Below are positions 28,058 through 37,061 of a DNA stretch of 64,000 bases, one piece after another. Both the position numbers and the translations under genes were made by a program. The DNA is from a phage. Location of the stretch: sequence record PX880102.1. One strand, 5' to 3'. Each line of letters begins with the position of its first letter. Position 1 is the stretch's first letter. The notes under the pieces were generated by a model. That model did no database searches, was not told where the DNA came from, and worked only from the letters and a program-made list of their open reading frames with translations.

Positions 28058-28227
28058 ATATTAATTTCCAGGAGTTTTAAAATAATTCGCTTTTGCTTAA
28101 ATATTTCCATAGTTAAATGACCAGTATCTTTTTGACCGATTCCAATGGCAAAACCTTTATTGACAGCGAGTTCAATTAAATTATCAAGCTCACGTAACAC
28201 TTCATATTGTAACTCAGAACTATTCAT
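28054..28227 (-). CDS. small protein (56 aa), below ORF-track threshold
   Basis: Own translation MNSSELQYEVLRELDNLIELAVNKGFAIG...; ATGA overlaps at both ends. Confidence 0.45.
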   Translation of the reverse strand: MNSSELQYEVLRELDNLIELAVNKGFAIGIGQKDTGHLTMEIFKQKRIILKLLEINI

Positions 28228-28430
28228 TTTGGTTTACCTTCTTTAACGAAATCAGGATAAGGATAAAATCCTGAATAAAATCCTTCACCTTTATGATTGA
28301 TGCATCCTTTATTAGAACAATAGCACCAATAATCGAAATCACAAGCCATTTCATCATTACATAAAGCAAAAACAACTGGCCATTCACACTTTTCGCAGTG
28401 GGCATTTTTAAGAATACTAGTTTGGCTCAT
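28224..28430 (-). CDS. hypothetical Cys-rich protein
   Basis: Track start is TTG; ATG at 28430 (ATGA coupling) gives 68 aa with CEKCEW...CDFDYWCYC...GC. Confidence 0.5.
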   Translation of the reverse strand: MSQTSILKNAHCEKCEWPVVFALCNDEMACDFDYWCYCSNKGCINHKGEGFYSGFYPYPDFVKEGKPK

Positions 28431-28639
28431 AACCATGTAACCTTTAAGCAATATTCTTCTACATGTTGTTTACGACCTTTCTTATCAATAAAGGTATATT
28501 CAACGAATGTTCCAATATAGTCTTTATCTACATCATGTGGGCTATTAATTGGGCATTTAGTACGGCAAATGCGTTCCCATTGACGAATAATTTCCACTTT
28601 GTTTTTAGGATCAAACGGATGAGGGTAATGTACTTTCAT
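28427..28639 (-). CDS. hypothetical protein
   Basis: 70 aa, ATG start. Confidence 0.55.
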   Translation of the reverse strand: MKVHYPHPFDPKNKVEIIRQWERICRTKCPINSPHDVDKDYIGTFVEYTFIDKKGRKQHVEEYCLKVTWL

Positions 28640-29090
28640 AATCCACCACTATTAAATCAATATCAGGAGTAAACATGTCAATTAATTTAGAAACCTTATC
28701 CCAATCACCACCGGCAATACCGCAACCGATGCGTGGAATGTAAATTACTGGTTTAAACAAAAGGGTTTCTGCCTGTAGATTTAATTCTATCATACAGTTT
28801 ACTAAAGCACCATAATCAAGATTAGGACCCGGTTCGTATTGCGTATACAAATTATAGCACATACTAAATCCTGTAGGATTATGTTTAAAAACAATAGACA
28901 TATCGCCTAATTTATCACGAGAACCGTACTCGGTAGTGGTTTTATCTATTTCTAAAATTTTGGGATAGGCTCTTGCTAATTGACCTGCTACGCCAGAGCC
29001 CATTGTGTGGAAGCAATTGCACCCGTGCGCAATAATATTACCTTGAAGAAATAGGGCGACAATATCGCCCTTGATATATTTTACAATCAT
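28611..29090 (-). CDS. macro-domain-like protein (putative ADP-ribose binding/processing)
   Basis: 159 aa; HGCNCFHTMGSGVAGQL and PRIGCGIAGGDW resemble the two glycine-rich macro-domain motifs; by eye only. Confidence 0.55.
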   Translation of the reverse strand: MIVKYIKGDIVALFLQGNIIAHGCNCFHTMGSGVAGQLARAYPKILEIDKTTTEYGSRDKLGDMSIVFKHNPTGFSMCYNLYTQYEPGPNLDYGALVNCMIELNLQAETLLFKPVIYIPRIGCGIAGGDWDKVSKLIDMFTPDIDLIVVDYESTLPSSV

Positions 29091-29428
29091 CTAGTACTCA
29101 ATCCTCGATTATAAGAATCTACTAAACGGTCAACCATTGAATGACAAGCGGCTTTATCTTTCTCCTCCGCAACTGAACATTCTAAGGTATTCCACTTTTT
29201 AGCATATCGTTTTAACAATGTATCATTTTTGTATCTGCTTGATTTATCTCTTTCTCCGTCTTTATATGCATATATTAATTTCTGCGCAAATTCAGCTTGG
29301 CATGCTTTATTTTTCCCACAATAATCCGCGGCAGTACGGTTTACATACTCTCTAATTTCAGTATATGATGTATCTGCTAACGCAGAAAATGAAATTAATC
29401 CTATACATAAAACCAAAATTTTAGTCAT
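29087..29428 (-). CDS. small secreted/periplasmic protein (cleavable signal peptide)
   Basis: 113 aa; MTKILVLCIGLISFSALA signal peptide; four Cys in mature part. Confidence 0.6.
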   Translation of the reverse strand: MTKILVLCIGLISFSALADTSYTEIREYVNRTAADYCGKNKACQAEFAQKLIYAYKDGERDKSSRYKNDTLLKRYAKKWNTLECSVAEEKDKAACHSMVDRLVDSYNRGLSTR

Positions 29429-29966
29429 TTACTATTTCCAAAAGTTTATTATTTTTAAGGTAATTAGCCTTTTCTAGGACTTCAGAAGCATATTTAGAAC
29501 CTGCTTTAACATTCCATCCCGAATTATAAGAGGATATTGCTTTTCTTATATCGCCCTTATGTATATTTAACCAATAAGAAAGTTCAATGTACGCCCAGGA
29601 AGCTGAATTGGATCGTTTATTCAACATTCTTTTTATTTCAGCATCGGTCATATTATAACCAAGTTCCTTAACTCTTGCTCGCATAGTAGGCAAATAATTT
29701 TGGAACATTCCATAAGCGTGATGCTTTGGTTTAGATTTTAAATTAACTCCGCCAGAGCTTTCTTGCCATAAAATAGCAGCCATTATATGACCTAATCCGC
29801 TCTTGTGGATATTTTTATGTGTTTTATATTTTCCATCCTTAGAAAATTGTTCCCCGAATTGATACGCGTAACGCATGTTATCGAGTTGGACATTACTGAA
29901 AGTATGCTCGGAGCTATGTGCCATCATTGAAATGGCCAATAAACCAGCGAGTAGTGCTTTTCTCAT
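29421..29966 (-). CDS. secreted lytic-transglycosylase-like (SLT domain) protein
   Basis: 181 aa; signal peptide MRKALLAGLLAISMMAHSS; catalytic-type motif ILWQESSGG...AYGMFQ. Confidence 0.6.
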   Translation of the reverse strand: MRKALLAGLLAISMMAHSSEHTFSNVQLDNMRYAYQFGEQFSKDGKYKTHKNIHKSGLGHIMAAILWQESSGGVNLKSKPKHHAYGMFQNYLPTMRARVKELGYNMTDAEIKRMLNKRSNSASWAYIELSYWLNIHKGDIRKAISSYNSGWNVKAGSKYASEVLEKANYLKNNKLLEIVND

Positions 29967-29973
29967 GCTTACC

Positions 29974-30435
29974 TCATTGAGTTTTAATTACTGATTTAGA
30001 AGCCTTTCCTGGTAAACGACGACTGTTGATAATTGCCATCCTACATTGAAGTGACGGGTCTTTGAACTTCGCATTAGGTTTACAAACTGTAAATCCAAGC
30101 CAAAGATTTCCATCTGTGATTTCTAAACGCCCAGGACGATATTCAACCCCATCAATAAAATCCTCGTCAATATCAGGACGCGGAGGCATACTCAGGAATT
30201 CATTAACTTCTAAAACATGGTCTTTTATTTTGTGGAATAATTCAAAAACATATGTCTCATCAATCTCCCGTTGAATTGCACGATCAAGAAGATGCTGAGA
30301 ATATTTTAGATGAAACGATGAGACCCCTGCTGCTTTTGATGCCTCACGAATCTCATTGTTAATTTGACGAAACTCCGACTCAAAGTGACGACGAAGCTTA
30401 TTTCGACGGATAAAAACTTCTGTGTTGATAGTCAT
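29974..30435 (-). CDS. regB: endoribonuclease RegB
   Basis: 153 aa; MTINTEVFIRRNKLRRHFESEFRQINNEIREA as recalled for T4 RegB. Confidence 0.9.
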   Translation of the reverse strand: MTINTEVFIRRNKLRRHFESEFRQINNEIREASKAAGVSSFHLKYSQHLLDRAIQREIDETYVFELFHKIKDHVLEVNEFLSMPPRPDIDEDFIDGVEYRPGRLEITDGNLWLGFTVCKPNAKFKDPSLQCRMAIINSRRLPGKASKSVIKTQ

Positions 30436-30462
30436 GTTATTCTCCTCTTAACTGATAGAAAA

Positions 30463-30492
30463 ATTATACCACAGTCAAGAGGAAAAGTAAAC
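30463..30492 (-). promoter_or_regulatory. early promoter of regB
   Basis: Minus strand GTTTAC-N17-TGGTATAAT. Confidence 0.6.
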
Positions 30493-30494
30493 AA

Positions 30495-30773
30495 TTATTC
30501 TTTAAATCTAATCAATTTATTCATAGACTTCGAAACTTCTGCACGGACCTCATGTAGGTTTTTAAGCTGTTCAAGACGTTGCTCATAGTAAGCAATTTCA
30601 TCTTCTTCAAGACAGTCCTGTGAATCTTCTTTAAGATAACGCGCATAGTCCTGGAAAGCTTTACGGACTACTTCTTGGAAGTCATCAAGACTTTGAATTT
30701 TCTTAGGAGCAACAGATACACGACGAGGGGCAGTATAATACTCATAACCAAACCCTGCGCTTAATTGAGCCAT
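30495..30773 (-). CDS. hypothetical protein (vs.3-like)
   Basis: Track start is GTG; ATG at 30773 (TAATG coupling) gives 92 aa. Confidence 0.55.
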   Translation of the reverse strand: MAQLSAGFGYEYYTAPRRVSVAPKKIQSLDDFQEVVRKAFQDYARYLKEDSQDCLEEDEIAYYEQRLEQLKNLHEVRAEVSKSMNKLIRFKE

Positions 30774-31039
30774 TAATATTTTTCCTCTGGTTGGAACACA
30801 GCACGACAAGCCCACATACTGGCTTCTTTGAGTTTCGTTTTAGCAATAGTTAACTGATCGAGGCTTTCAGCATAATTCTTCGCGAATTCACAGTCTTCAC
30901 AATTATCTAGTGCTTCCCAAAATTCATCGTATAAAGCGTCAAAGATAAGTCCTAAACGAACTTCAGCATCTTTGATAGCATTCACTTTACCAATTTTCTC
31001 TTCAGTATGTGGCTTATAACCTTTAATATCTTCAATCAT
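30773..31039 (-). CDS. acb2: anti-CBASS cyclic-oligonucleotide sponge Acb2-like (vs.4-like)
   Basis: ATG at 31039 with GAGGAAG RBS gives 88 aa; position relative to regB as T4 vs.4; identity from position and recollection; start uncertain (track TTG at 31075). Confidence 0.6.
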   Translation of the reverse strand: MIEDIKGYKPHTEEKIGKVNAIKDAEVRLGLIFDALYDEFWEALDNCEDCEFAKNYAESLDQLTIAKTKLKEASMWACRAVFQPEEKY

Positions 31040-31253
31040 ATTTGACTTCCTCACCAGTACATAAATCATATTCAACTAAACGAATAGGTTCATGAATGCC
31101 ATATCCTTGAACAGAAATTTCTGTCGTAGGATAAATTCCATCAATATCACCCATGGTCCACGCTTCATTAAATTGCTGTTCGCCTGAATTACTAAACCAT
31201 TCGGCGAAAGCATTTAACACATCTTTAGAACCTTCAATAATTATCTTTGCCAT
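31032..31253 (-). CDS. hypothetical acidic protein (vs.5-like)
   Basis: 73 aa, ATG start, TAATG coupling. Confidence 0.6.
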   Translation of the reverse strand: MAKIIIEGSKDVLNAFAEWFSNSGEQQFNEAWTMGDIDGIYPTTEISVQGYGIHEPIRLVEYDLCTGEEVKYD

Positions 31254-31615
31254 TACAAGCTCTCAGTAAAGGTACGAGCGATAACGTCGCGCTGCTGTTC
31301 CGGAGTCAGAGAGTTAAAGCGAACTGCATAACCGGATACACGGATGGTCAGCTGCGGATATTTTTCCGGATGCTTAACTGCATCTTCAAGAGTTTCACGA
31401 CGCAGAACGTTAACGTTCAGGTGTTGACCACCTTCAATTTTAACTGTAGGTTGTTGCTCAATTTCAATTTCACGGGCATGCAAACCGTAGAAAATTTCTG
31501 GGTCTACAAAAGAGTCCTCTTTAAAGGTTTTAGAGACAATAATTCGTGCTTGAATACCATCTTCAAAATAAATAGTACCTTTATGTGTGCCTTCAAGAAT
31601 TTGATATGCTTTCAT
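31253..31615 (-). CDS. autonomous glycyl-radical cofactor (GrcA/YfiD-like, T4 Y06I-type)
   Basis: 120 aa; C-terminal [60 protein letters not shown] with RVSGY glycyl-radical motif, as recalled for E. coli GrcA. Confidence 0.8.
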   Translation of the reverse strand: MKAYQILEGTHKGTIYFEDGIQARIIVSKTFKEDSFVDPEIFYGLHAREIEIEQQPTVKIEGGQHLNVNVLRRETLEDAVKHPEKYPQLTIRVSGYAVRFNSLTPEQQRDVIARTFTESL

Positions 31616-31621
31616 ATAACC

Positions 31622-31951
31622 TCAATTAGAAAATAAATTTATCCAAGACTGTTCTTTAATTAAAAATGGCTCAGAATCATATGCCATTAAACTTTGGGTG
31701 ATTAGTCCTTTAAAAGGTCCATCAATAAATTCCATGGTAAAATATGGAATTTTATTCATTAATCTTGCATTAGGAGCAGTACACAAAACTCTGCATCCTT
31801 TGAATACACCTTTTTGTAATTTGTATTGCTTAGGATAAAATTCGCTCAAGACGTTGTTATTTGCCAAAATTTCAAAATGATTCACCAATTTATTTTTAAT
31901 AGTTTTTGGCGAAAAATAAAGATATTCGAAAAGCTGTGTGTCTGTCATCAT
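31622..31951 (-). CDS. hypothetical protein (vs.7-like)
   Basis: ATG at 31951 (ATGA coupling) gives 109 aa; alternative ATG at 32002. Confidence 0.5.
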   Translation of the reverse strand: MMTDTQLFEYLYFSPKTIKNKLVNHFEILANNNVLSEFYPKQYKLQKGVFKGCRVLCTAPNARLMNKIPYFTMEFIDGPFKGLITQSLMAYDSEPFLIKEQSWINLFSN

Positions 31952-32535
31952 TGCATTCCGATTACGAAAAACTGCGGACGAGTAATACCACCAATGCAAC
32001 ATTTACTATTACAGCAGTGTTGCACAGTTTCAATATGAATATCATAAATTTTATCCATATCAGGAGATTTAACAGGCTCATCGATTATATACAAAATTCG
32101 CGAAAGCGATAAACCTCTGAACTTGCTTCCTTTATTACCGATAAAACTACGGACAGAATCAGTAAATAAGCGGAATCGAATATCATCACTAGAATAACGA
32201 GAAAATTCTTTTTTAATGTGGCCCGCAGAAATTTTAGCGTAAGCTGAAGTATTAGAAAGAACAATAACTGTTCCACCATCATACAGCCAATTAGCAGCAA
32301 AGTTAGTCACAGCAGTTGATTTACCGGATTGACGTCCACCATCTAGTCGAAGTGTGCAATACTGTTTGAGTAAGTCTTCAAATGGTAGGATATAATCGTT
32401 TTTACAAATTTCTTCTACTCTAGCATCAGAATGGTATGTAAAAGCATTCATCAGGGATAGATAAGGACCAGTTAAAAATGTTCTCATTTTATTCTCTCTA
32501 AATTTGGGCCATTCCATGGCGCATGAATTGTCCAT
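31948..32535 (-). CDS. P-loop NTPase-like protein (vs.8-like)
   Basis: Walker A GGRQSGKST; ATG at 32535 (195 aa) or 32487 (179 aa). Confidence 0.6.
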   Translation of the reverse strand: MDNSCAMEWPKFRENKMRTFLTGPYLSLMNAFTYHSDARVEEICKNDYILPFEDLLKQYCTLRLDGGRQSGKSTAVTNFAANWLYDGGTVIVLSNTSAYAKISAGHIKKEFSRYSSDDIRFRLFTDSVRSFIGNKGSKFRGLSLSRILYIIDEPVKSPDMDKIYDIHIETVQHCCNSKCCIGGITRPQFFVIGMQ

Positions 32536-32640
32536 TTCTGTATTTACCCATTACCGCACTTGGGCTCGACCTTATTACAGGTTGGCGGGAATCCCTCATA
32601 GAATCGTGAGGTCCAGCTTGTTCCCATATTTCTTATTTGC

Positions 32641-33114
32641 TTATTTGAATGATTTGACGTACTGAATAGAGCCTTTACTATTCACGAAAGCGATTTTACC
32701 ATTTTTGTTATACATTGTAGCAGTACGCTGATAACCATAAGTTTGTTTACCAGATTGATAACCAACTAATGCAAAATTATCTTCGCCCATTTTATTCTGT
32801 TTGGCGCGGATACGTTCATGACCGTGCGCCATAAGAACCTTAGCATCGCCAGTTGAAATTGATCTACGAGTTTTTTCATCTTCAACTGTATTAACAAAGT
32901 CGTCAAATGAATCAAATTTAGCATGAGATTTATTATACAGTTTTCCATCTACTGCATAATTATATCCCTGTACATCCATCTCAACTTCTGTACCATCATC
33001 CAATACAGCAGTAATTTTTTGACCTTTTTTAAATTTCAAAAGATCAGTAAAAGATTCAGCAATAATTTGAGAATTAATAGCTGCTTCAGTGATAAATTCT
33101 TGATATGTTTTCAT
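32641..33114 (-). CDS. internal-protein-like virion protein with capsid targeting sequence (IP-A)
   Basis: 157 aa; N-terminus MKTYQEFITEA matches T4 IP capsid-targeting sequence MKTYQEFIAEA; ATG start. Confidence 0.7.
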   Translation of the reverse strand: MKTYQEFITEAAINSQIIAESFTDLLKFKKGQKITAVLDDGTEVEMDVQGYNYAVDGKLYNKSHAKFDSFDDFVNTVEDEKTRRSISTGDAKVLMAHGHERIRAKQNKMGEDNFALVGYQSGKQTYGYQRTATMYNKNGKIAFVNSKGSIQYVKSFK

Positions 33115-33123
33115 ATATTTCCT

Positions 33124-33540
33124 TTAAATGTAAATATTTTTGCCGTAGTATTTATACCAGTGTGGCTTCATTAAAATTTTTTCATTGAGTCGTTGTTGAC
33201 TCAATTTAATAGCTGATTTGCATGGGTTATAATCATTTTTCCATTCTGCTGAAATATCGCTGATGTCAGGAACTTCAGTATCTTTTATACTGAACCCACG
33301 TTTTAAGCATTCCGTTATAATGTCTGATTGACGCTTTCGCAAAAATTCTAACTTATCGTAAAAGAACGTAACATGACCAGAACCTAAAATAAACTCGGAA
33401 GATATTTTAAAATCTTTAACCCGTTTACCATTTGCCACATGTTTACGAACTATACCAAAAACACGTGGCAATTCACGGTATTCTGCGATTAAATGTTGAT
33501 CAGCAAGTTCAGATACTAAAGTCAAATTAATACGAGTCAT
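33124..33540 (-). CDS. denV: endonuclease V (pyrimidine-dimer DNA glycosylase)
   Basis: 138 aa; [17 protein letters not shown]...WYKYYGK matches recalled T4 DenV. Confidence 0.92.
   Translation of the reverse strand: MTRINLTLVSELADQHLIAEYRELPRVFGIVRKHVANGKRVKDFKISSEFILGSGHVTFFYDKLEFLRKRQSDIITECLKRGFSIKDTEVPDISDISAEWKNDYNPCKSAIKLSQQRLNEKILMKPHWYKYYGKNIYI
33149..33156 (-). promoter_or_regulatory. late promoter box upstream of IP-A
   Basis: Exact TATAAATA on minus strand 35 nt upstream of IP-A ATG, inside denV coding sequence. Confidence 0.5.
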
Positions 33541-33565
33541 TTTATCCCTCCAAGTAATTGTGAAT

Positions 33566-33595
33566 ATACTATCACAATTCTAGGAGAAAGTAAAC
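33566..33595 (-). promoter_or_regulatory. early promoter of denV
   Basis: Minus strand GTTTAC-N17-TGATAGTAT. Confidence 0.55.
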
Positions 33596-33599
33596 AACT

Positions 33600-34130
<531 letters not shown>

Positions 34131-34571
34131 TTAAAAGAGGCTGTTCATTATTCGGTAAAGTGAAGGACCCATCACATATTGCCACTGAGTACGAGGAATA
34201 AGGGCAAAAGCATCCATCTCTGGAATCATAACACCATCTTTATTTTCAAAATAAGACTCGCAATGGCAATTTCTAAACATCTCATGCTCTACTGGAATCG
34301 TATAATAAAATAACTGTAAGTCTTTATTACTAGAATATTTAAATACACCTAGGTCTTCTAGAAGGTCTGGATTATAATTGTTAAAACCAGTCTCTTCTGA
34401 GCATTCTCTTTTTGCAGCTTCCAGTGCATTCAAATCAGAACTTTCTACACGCCCCTTTGGAATATCCCAGCGATGTGCCATCATTCCAGGTTTACGAGAA
34501 CCAGTAACTCGTCCCATAAATAAATCTTTATCTTCTGTCATAAAGATAATACCAGCTGATAATGTTTTCAT
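34131..34571 (-). CDS. nudE: Nudix hydrolase NudE
   Basis: ATG at 34571 with AGGAAA RBS and ATGA coupling (146 aa); Nudix box GRVESSDLNALEAAKRECSEETGF. Confidence 0.85.
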   Translation of the reverse strand: MKTLSAGIIFMTEDKDLFMGRVTGSRKPGMMAHRWDIPKGRVESSDLNALEAAKRECSEETGFNNYNPDLLEDLGVFKYSSNKDLQLFYYTIPVEHEMFRNCHCESYFENKDGVMIPEMDAFALIPRTQWQYVMGPSLYRIMNSLF

Positions 34572-35056
34572 TTTAATTTCCTGCATTCAGTGATAAAATT
34601 ATTTAAATTTTGAGTATATTTCTTTTCATCAAAAATCTTTTGTTGTCTGCGCATCCGCCATGGCATTTCAATGAACATGTACCATATTCCTGATAATATT
34701 GATGCTGTAAAAATATTAACAAGTATGGTTAAAAGAATCCAATCTCCTATTCTGTCCATTGGATTTTTTATAAAAAAGTAAAATACGAATGATGACACAG
34801 GAAGACTAATGATATACCACAGAATCATAATCTTATCTGTGAACCATTCAGCATTCGTTAACTTAGCACGACCATTATGAATACACACGAATTTATCATC
34901 TGTTACCATAGATGGCTTAACTGCTTGATATCCCATTCTAAACTCCCTAATTAATCGTTTCTTTGTATCTTCAGAACAGCCACTCCAGTCAACTCCATCA
35001 ACTGAAATGCCATCGTCCCCATCATCTAAATCATACCAGCGAGTTTTTAAAATCAT
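34568..35056 (-). CDS. small membrane protein, paralogue family member 1 (e.2-like)
   Basis: 162 aa, ATG start; TM segments plus basic tail ending CRKLK. Confidence 0.6.
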   Translation of the reverse strand: MILKTRWYDLDDGDDGISVDGVDWSGCSEDTKKRLIREFRMGYQAVKPSMVTDDKFVCIHNGRAKLTNAEWFTDKIMILWYIISLPVSSFVFYFFIKNPMDRIGDWILLTILVNIFTASILSGIWYMFIEMPWRMRRQQKIFDEKKYTQNLNNFITECRKLK

Positions 35057-35427
35057 TTAATTTTCCTACAATCACTCACAAACTCTTTCATTGATTCATT
35101 TTCAATATAAGACATGTAGTTATTATATTCTTTTAATTGTATTTTGTAATCCTTTTTTCTTTGCCAATTTATTTTAAAATTATCATAATGAAAATATAAA
35201 ATAATACCAAAGAATGAAAATAATGAAATTGCTATAGTATAATGAAGTTCACTCCAAACTTCTATTATATCTACTATACCGCTGACGTTACTGCGGATGT
35301 TTAAAATAAAACAGTCAATTAGCAATCCAATAAGACTACCCGCAAGAGCTGCAAATACTGACACAGCAAGAATTAATAGTGCCTCGGGAAACGAATATTT
35401 GACTTTATTTAGTTTTGGCTTTTGCAT
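35053..35427 (-). CDS. small membrane protein, paralogue family member 2 (e.3-like)
   Basis: 124 aa, ATG start; two TM segments; tail ending CRKIK. Confidence 0.6.
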   Translation of the reverse strand: MQKPKLNKVKYSFPEALLILAVSVFAALAGSLIGLLIDCFILNIRSNVSGIVDIIEVWSELHYTIAISLFSFFGIILYFHYDNFKINWQRKKDYKIQLKEYNNYMSYIENESMKEFVSDCRKIK

Positions 35428-35801
35428 CGTGATTCCTTAACAAATTTCATAATTTCATCAAATTCATACGCAGCAAGTTTAAGCTGATGTTCTTTTTTAA
35501 TCTTTTTGCACCGGGCTTTCCAATCACGTACACGTTTACGATAGTGTCTTCCTTGATACCAGTATCCTACCCAATTCACAGGTACTAATAAAAGCGGAAC
35601 TACCAATGGAAGAATTAGTGTTGCTCCAAATATTACACCAGATTCAATATCAGTCATAACGTCTATAACCATTCCAGCAATTAGCAAAATCACAAATGAT
35701 ACAGCTACCACAGGACCTATTAACACATCAGTAGAAATTAGCTGACGCTTTGGTTCATACTTCACTGGTTTACTTGGAAGGTATAGTGATGGCTTTGACA
35801 T
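35409..35801 (-). CDS. small membrane protein, paralogue family member 3 (e.4-like)
   Basis: Track start is TTG; ATG at 35801 gives 130 aa; tail ending RCKSQN. Confidence 0.55.
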   Translation of the reverse strand: MSKPSLYLPSKPVKYEPKRQLISTDVLIGPVVAVSFVILLIAGMVIDVMTDIESGVIFGATLILPLVVPLLLVPVNWVGYWYQGRHYRKRVRDWKARCKKIKKEHQLKLAAYEFDEIMKFVKESRCKSQN

Positions 35802-36384
35802 ATTCTCTACATTCCTTAACAAATTTTTCTAATAATAAATCGCTTTCAAAATTAGGATTTTCCACGAATTTATCAAAAAGATCATCAACAATAGTTAAGA
35901 TATTCTTTTTACTAAGAATACGTTTATTTTCATATTTTGTTTCAGAATCAACTATAAGAGTAAAGAAATATTTCTTTCCCTGAAATTTTACCGTAGTATC
36001 AATATAGAACAAATTTGACTTTTGTAAATTACGTTTAAACCATGCATCACTTAAACTATAAACGCCAAGATAATCATAATCGTCATTTAAATAACAAACT
36101 GTCCATTCAGGAGAAATGAAATCAGTAAATTCAACATCAAAATCACACGTCAATGAATGAATTGATTCAATACTGTTAATGAGTATTCCAGGACGTATTA
36201 AAGACTTTTTACCTCTAGAAAATCTTCCGGAAAGGCTTTCATCAGTTTCATATGAAGACCCCCAATAGTAATTACGTCCTTCTGCCATGCGTTTAAGAGC
36301 ATTTAGTAATTGGTCTGGAACATCAACCTGTCTTTGGAACTCTTCAAACATTGAATTGAAATCACTTTGCATTTTCATTTTCAT
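35770..36384 (-). CDS. hypothetical protein (e.5-like)
   Basis: 204 aa, ATG start. Confidence 0.6.
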   Translation of the reverse strand: MKMKMQSDFNSMFEEFQRQVDVPDQLLNALKRMAEGRNYYWGSSYETDESLSGRFSRGKKSLIRPGILINSIESIHSLTCDFDVEFTDFISPEWTVCYLNDDYDYLGVYSLSDAWFKRNLQKSNLFYIDTTVKFQGKKYFFTLIVDSETKYENKRILSKKNILTIVDDLFDKFVENPNFESDLLLEKFVKECREYVKAITIPSK

Positions 36385-36403
36385 TCCTATTTACTCCAAG
36401 TAT

Positions 36404-36421
36404 AAGGGGCCGAAGCCCCTT
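36404..36421 (-). terminator. UUCG-tetraloop hairpin
   Basis: AAGGGGC-CGAA-GCCCCTT palindrome between e.6-like and e.5-like genes. Confidence 0.5.
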
Positions 36422-36425
36422 ATCA

Positions 36426-37019
36426 TTATTTCAGAGAATTAATGTATTCCTGAACATCGGCAGAGGTAGTTTCAACCCCAGAAATATTACCGTTAAAGGT
36501 TTCAACTCGAGCAAGGGTATCTTCAATATCAACCTTAGTCAGTGCTGCAATTTCAACTACATCATCGGCAGTACTAATTCCAAGGGCATTTGCTGCACGA
36601 GTTTCACGGATATATTCCAATTTAACCGCAAGTTCTTGACGAGCATCATCTAACTCAACTACTTTCTTGGCGATTTCAATTCGCATTTCAGCATAACCGT
36701 CAGCTTTAGTAGTCAACTGCTCAGCTGTTCGACGATATAGTAAACCGAGTTTAGCATGCATTGTTACATCTTGACCCTCGGAAAGAAGTTTACGAATTTC
36801 ACGCTCTTTTGATTCGGCTTGTCGATTCTTTTCGACAATAAGTTCACGAATACGTTTTTCTTCATTAATAGATTTAACAGAAGCAGTTTTTAGATCTTTA
36901 ATTTTATCAAGCAGTTTTGCTGCTGCAGCAGTATACTGTTCTTCAACAGATAGATTTTTAGCCATAGCAGAACCAAGTTTAGTGCGAATAAATTCAACAA
37001 TTTTCTTCAGTGTGTTCAT
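36426..37019 (-). CDS. hypothetical coiled-coil protein (e.6-like)
   Basis: 197 aa, ATG start; long predicted helices. Confidence 0.6.
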   Translation of the reverse strand: MNTLKKIVEFIRTKLGSAMAKNLSVEEQYTAAAAKLLDKIKDLKTASVKSINEEKRIRELIVEKNRQAESKEREIRKLLSEGQDVTMHAKLGLLYRRTAEQLTTKADGYAEMRIEIAKKVVELDDARQELAVKLEYIRETRAANALGISTADDVVEIAALTKVDIEDTLARVETFNGNISGVETTSADVQEYINSLK

Positions 37020-37061
37020 AGTATTTCCTTAGGTTGATTAAAAATAAAATCTGTGGAAGAA

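Noticed and set aside
32536-32640. GC-rich segment between IP-A and the vs.8-like gene with short palindromes (GGGAATCCC, CCTCA...TGAGG)
   Set aside because: Stems are short and not followed by a U-run; may simply be 5' UTR; start of the downstream gene is itself uncertain.
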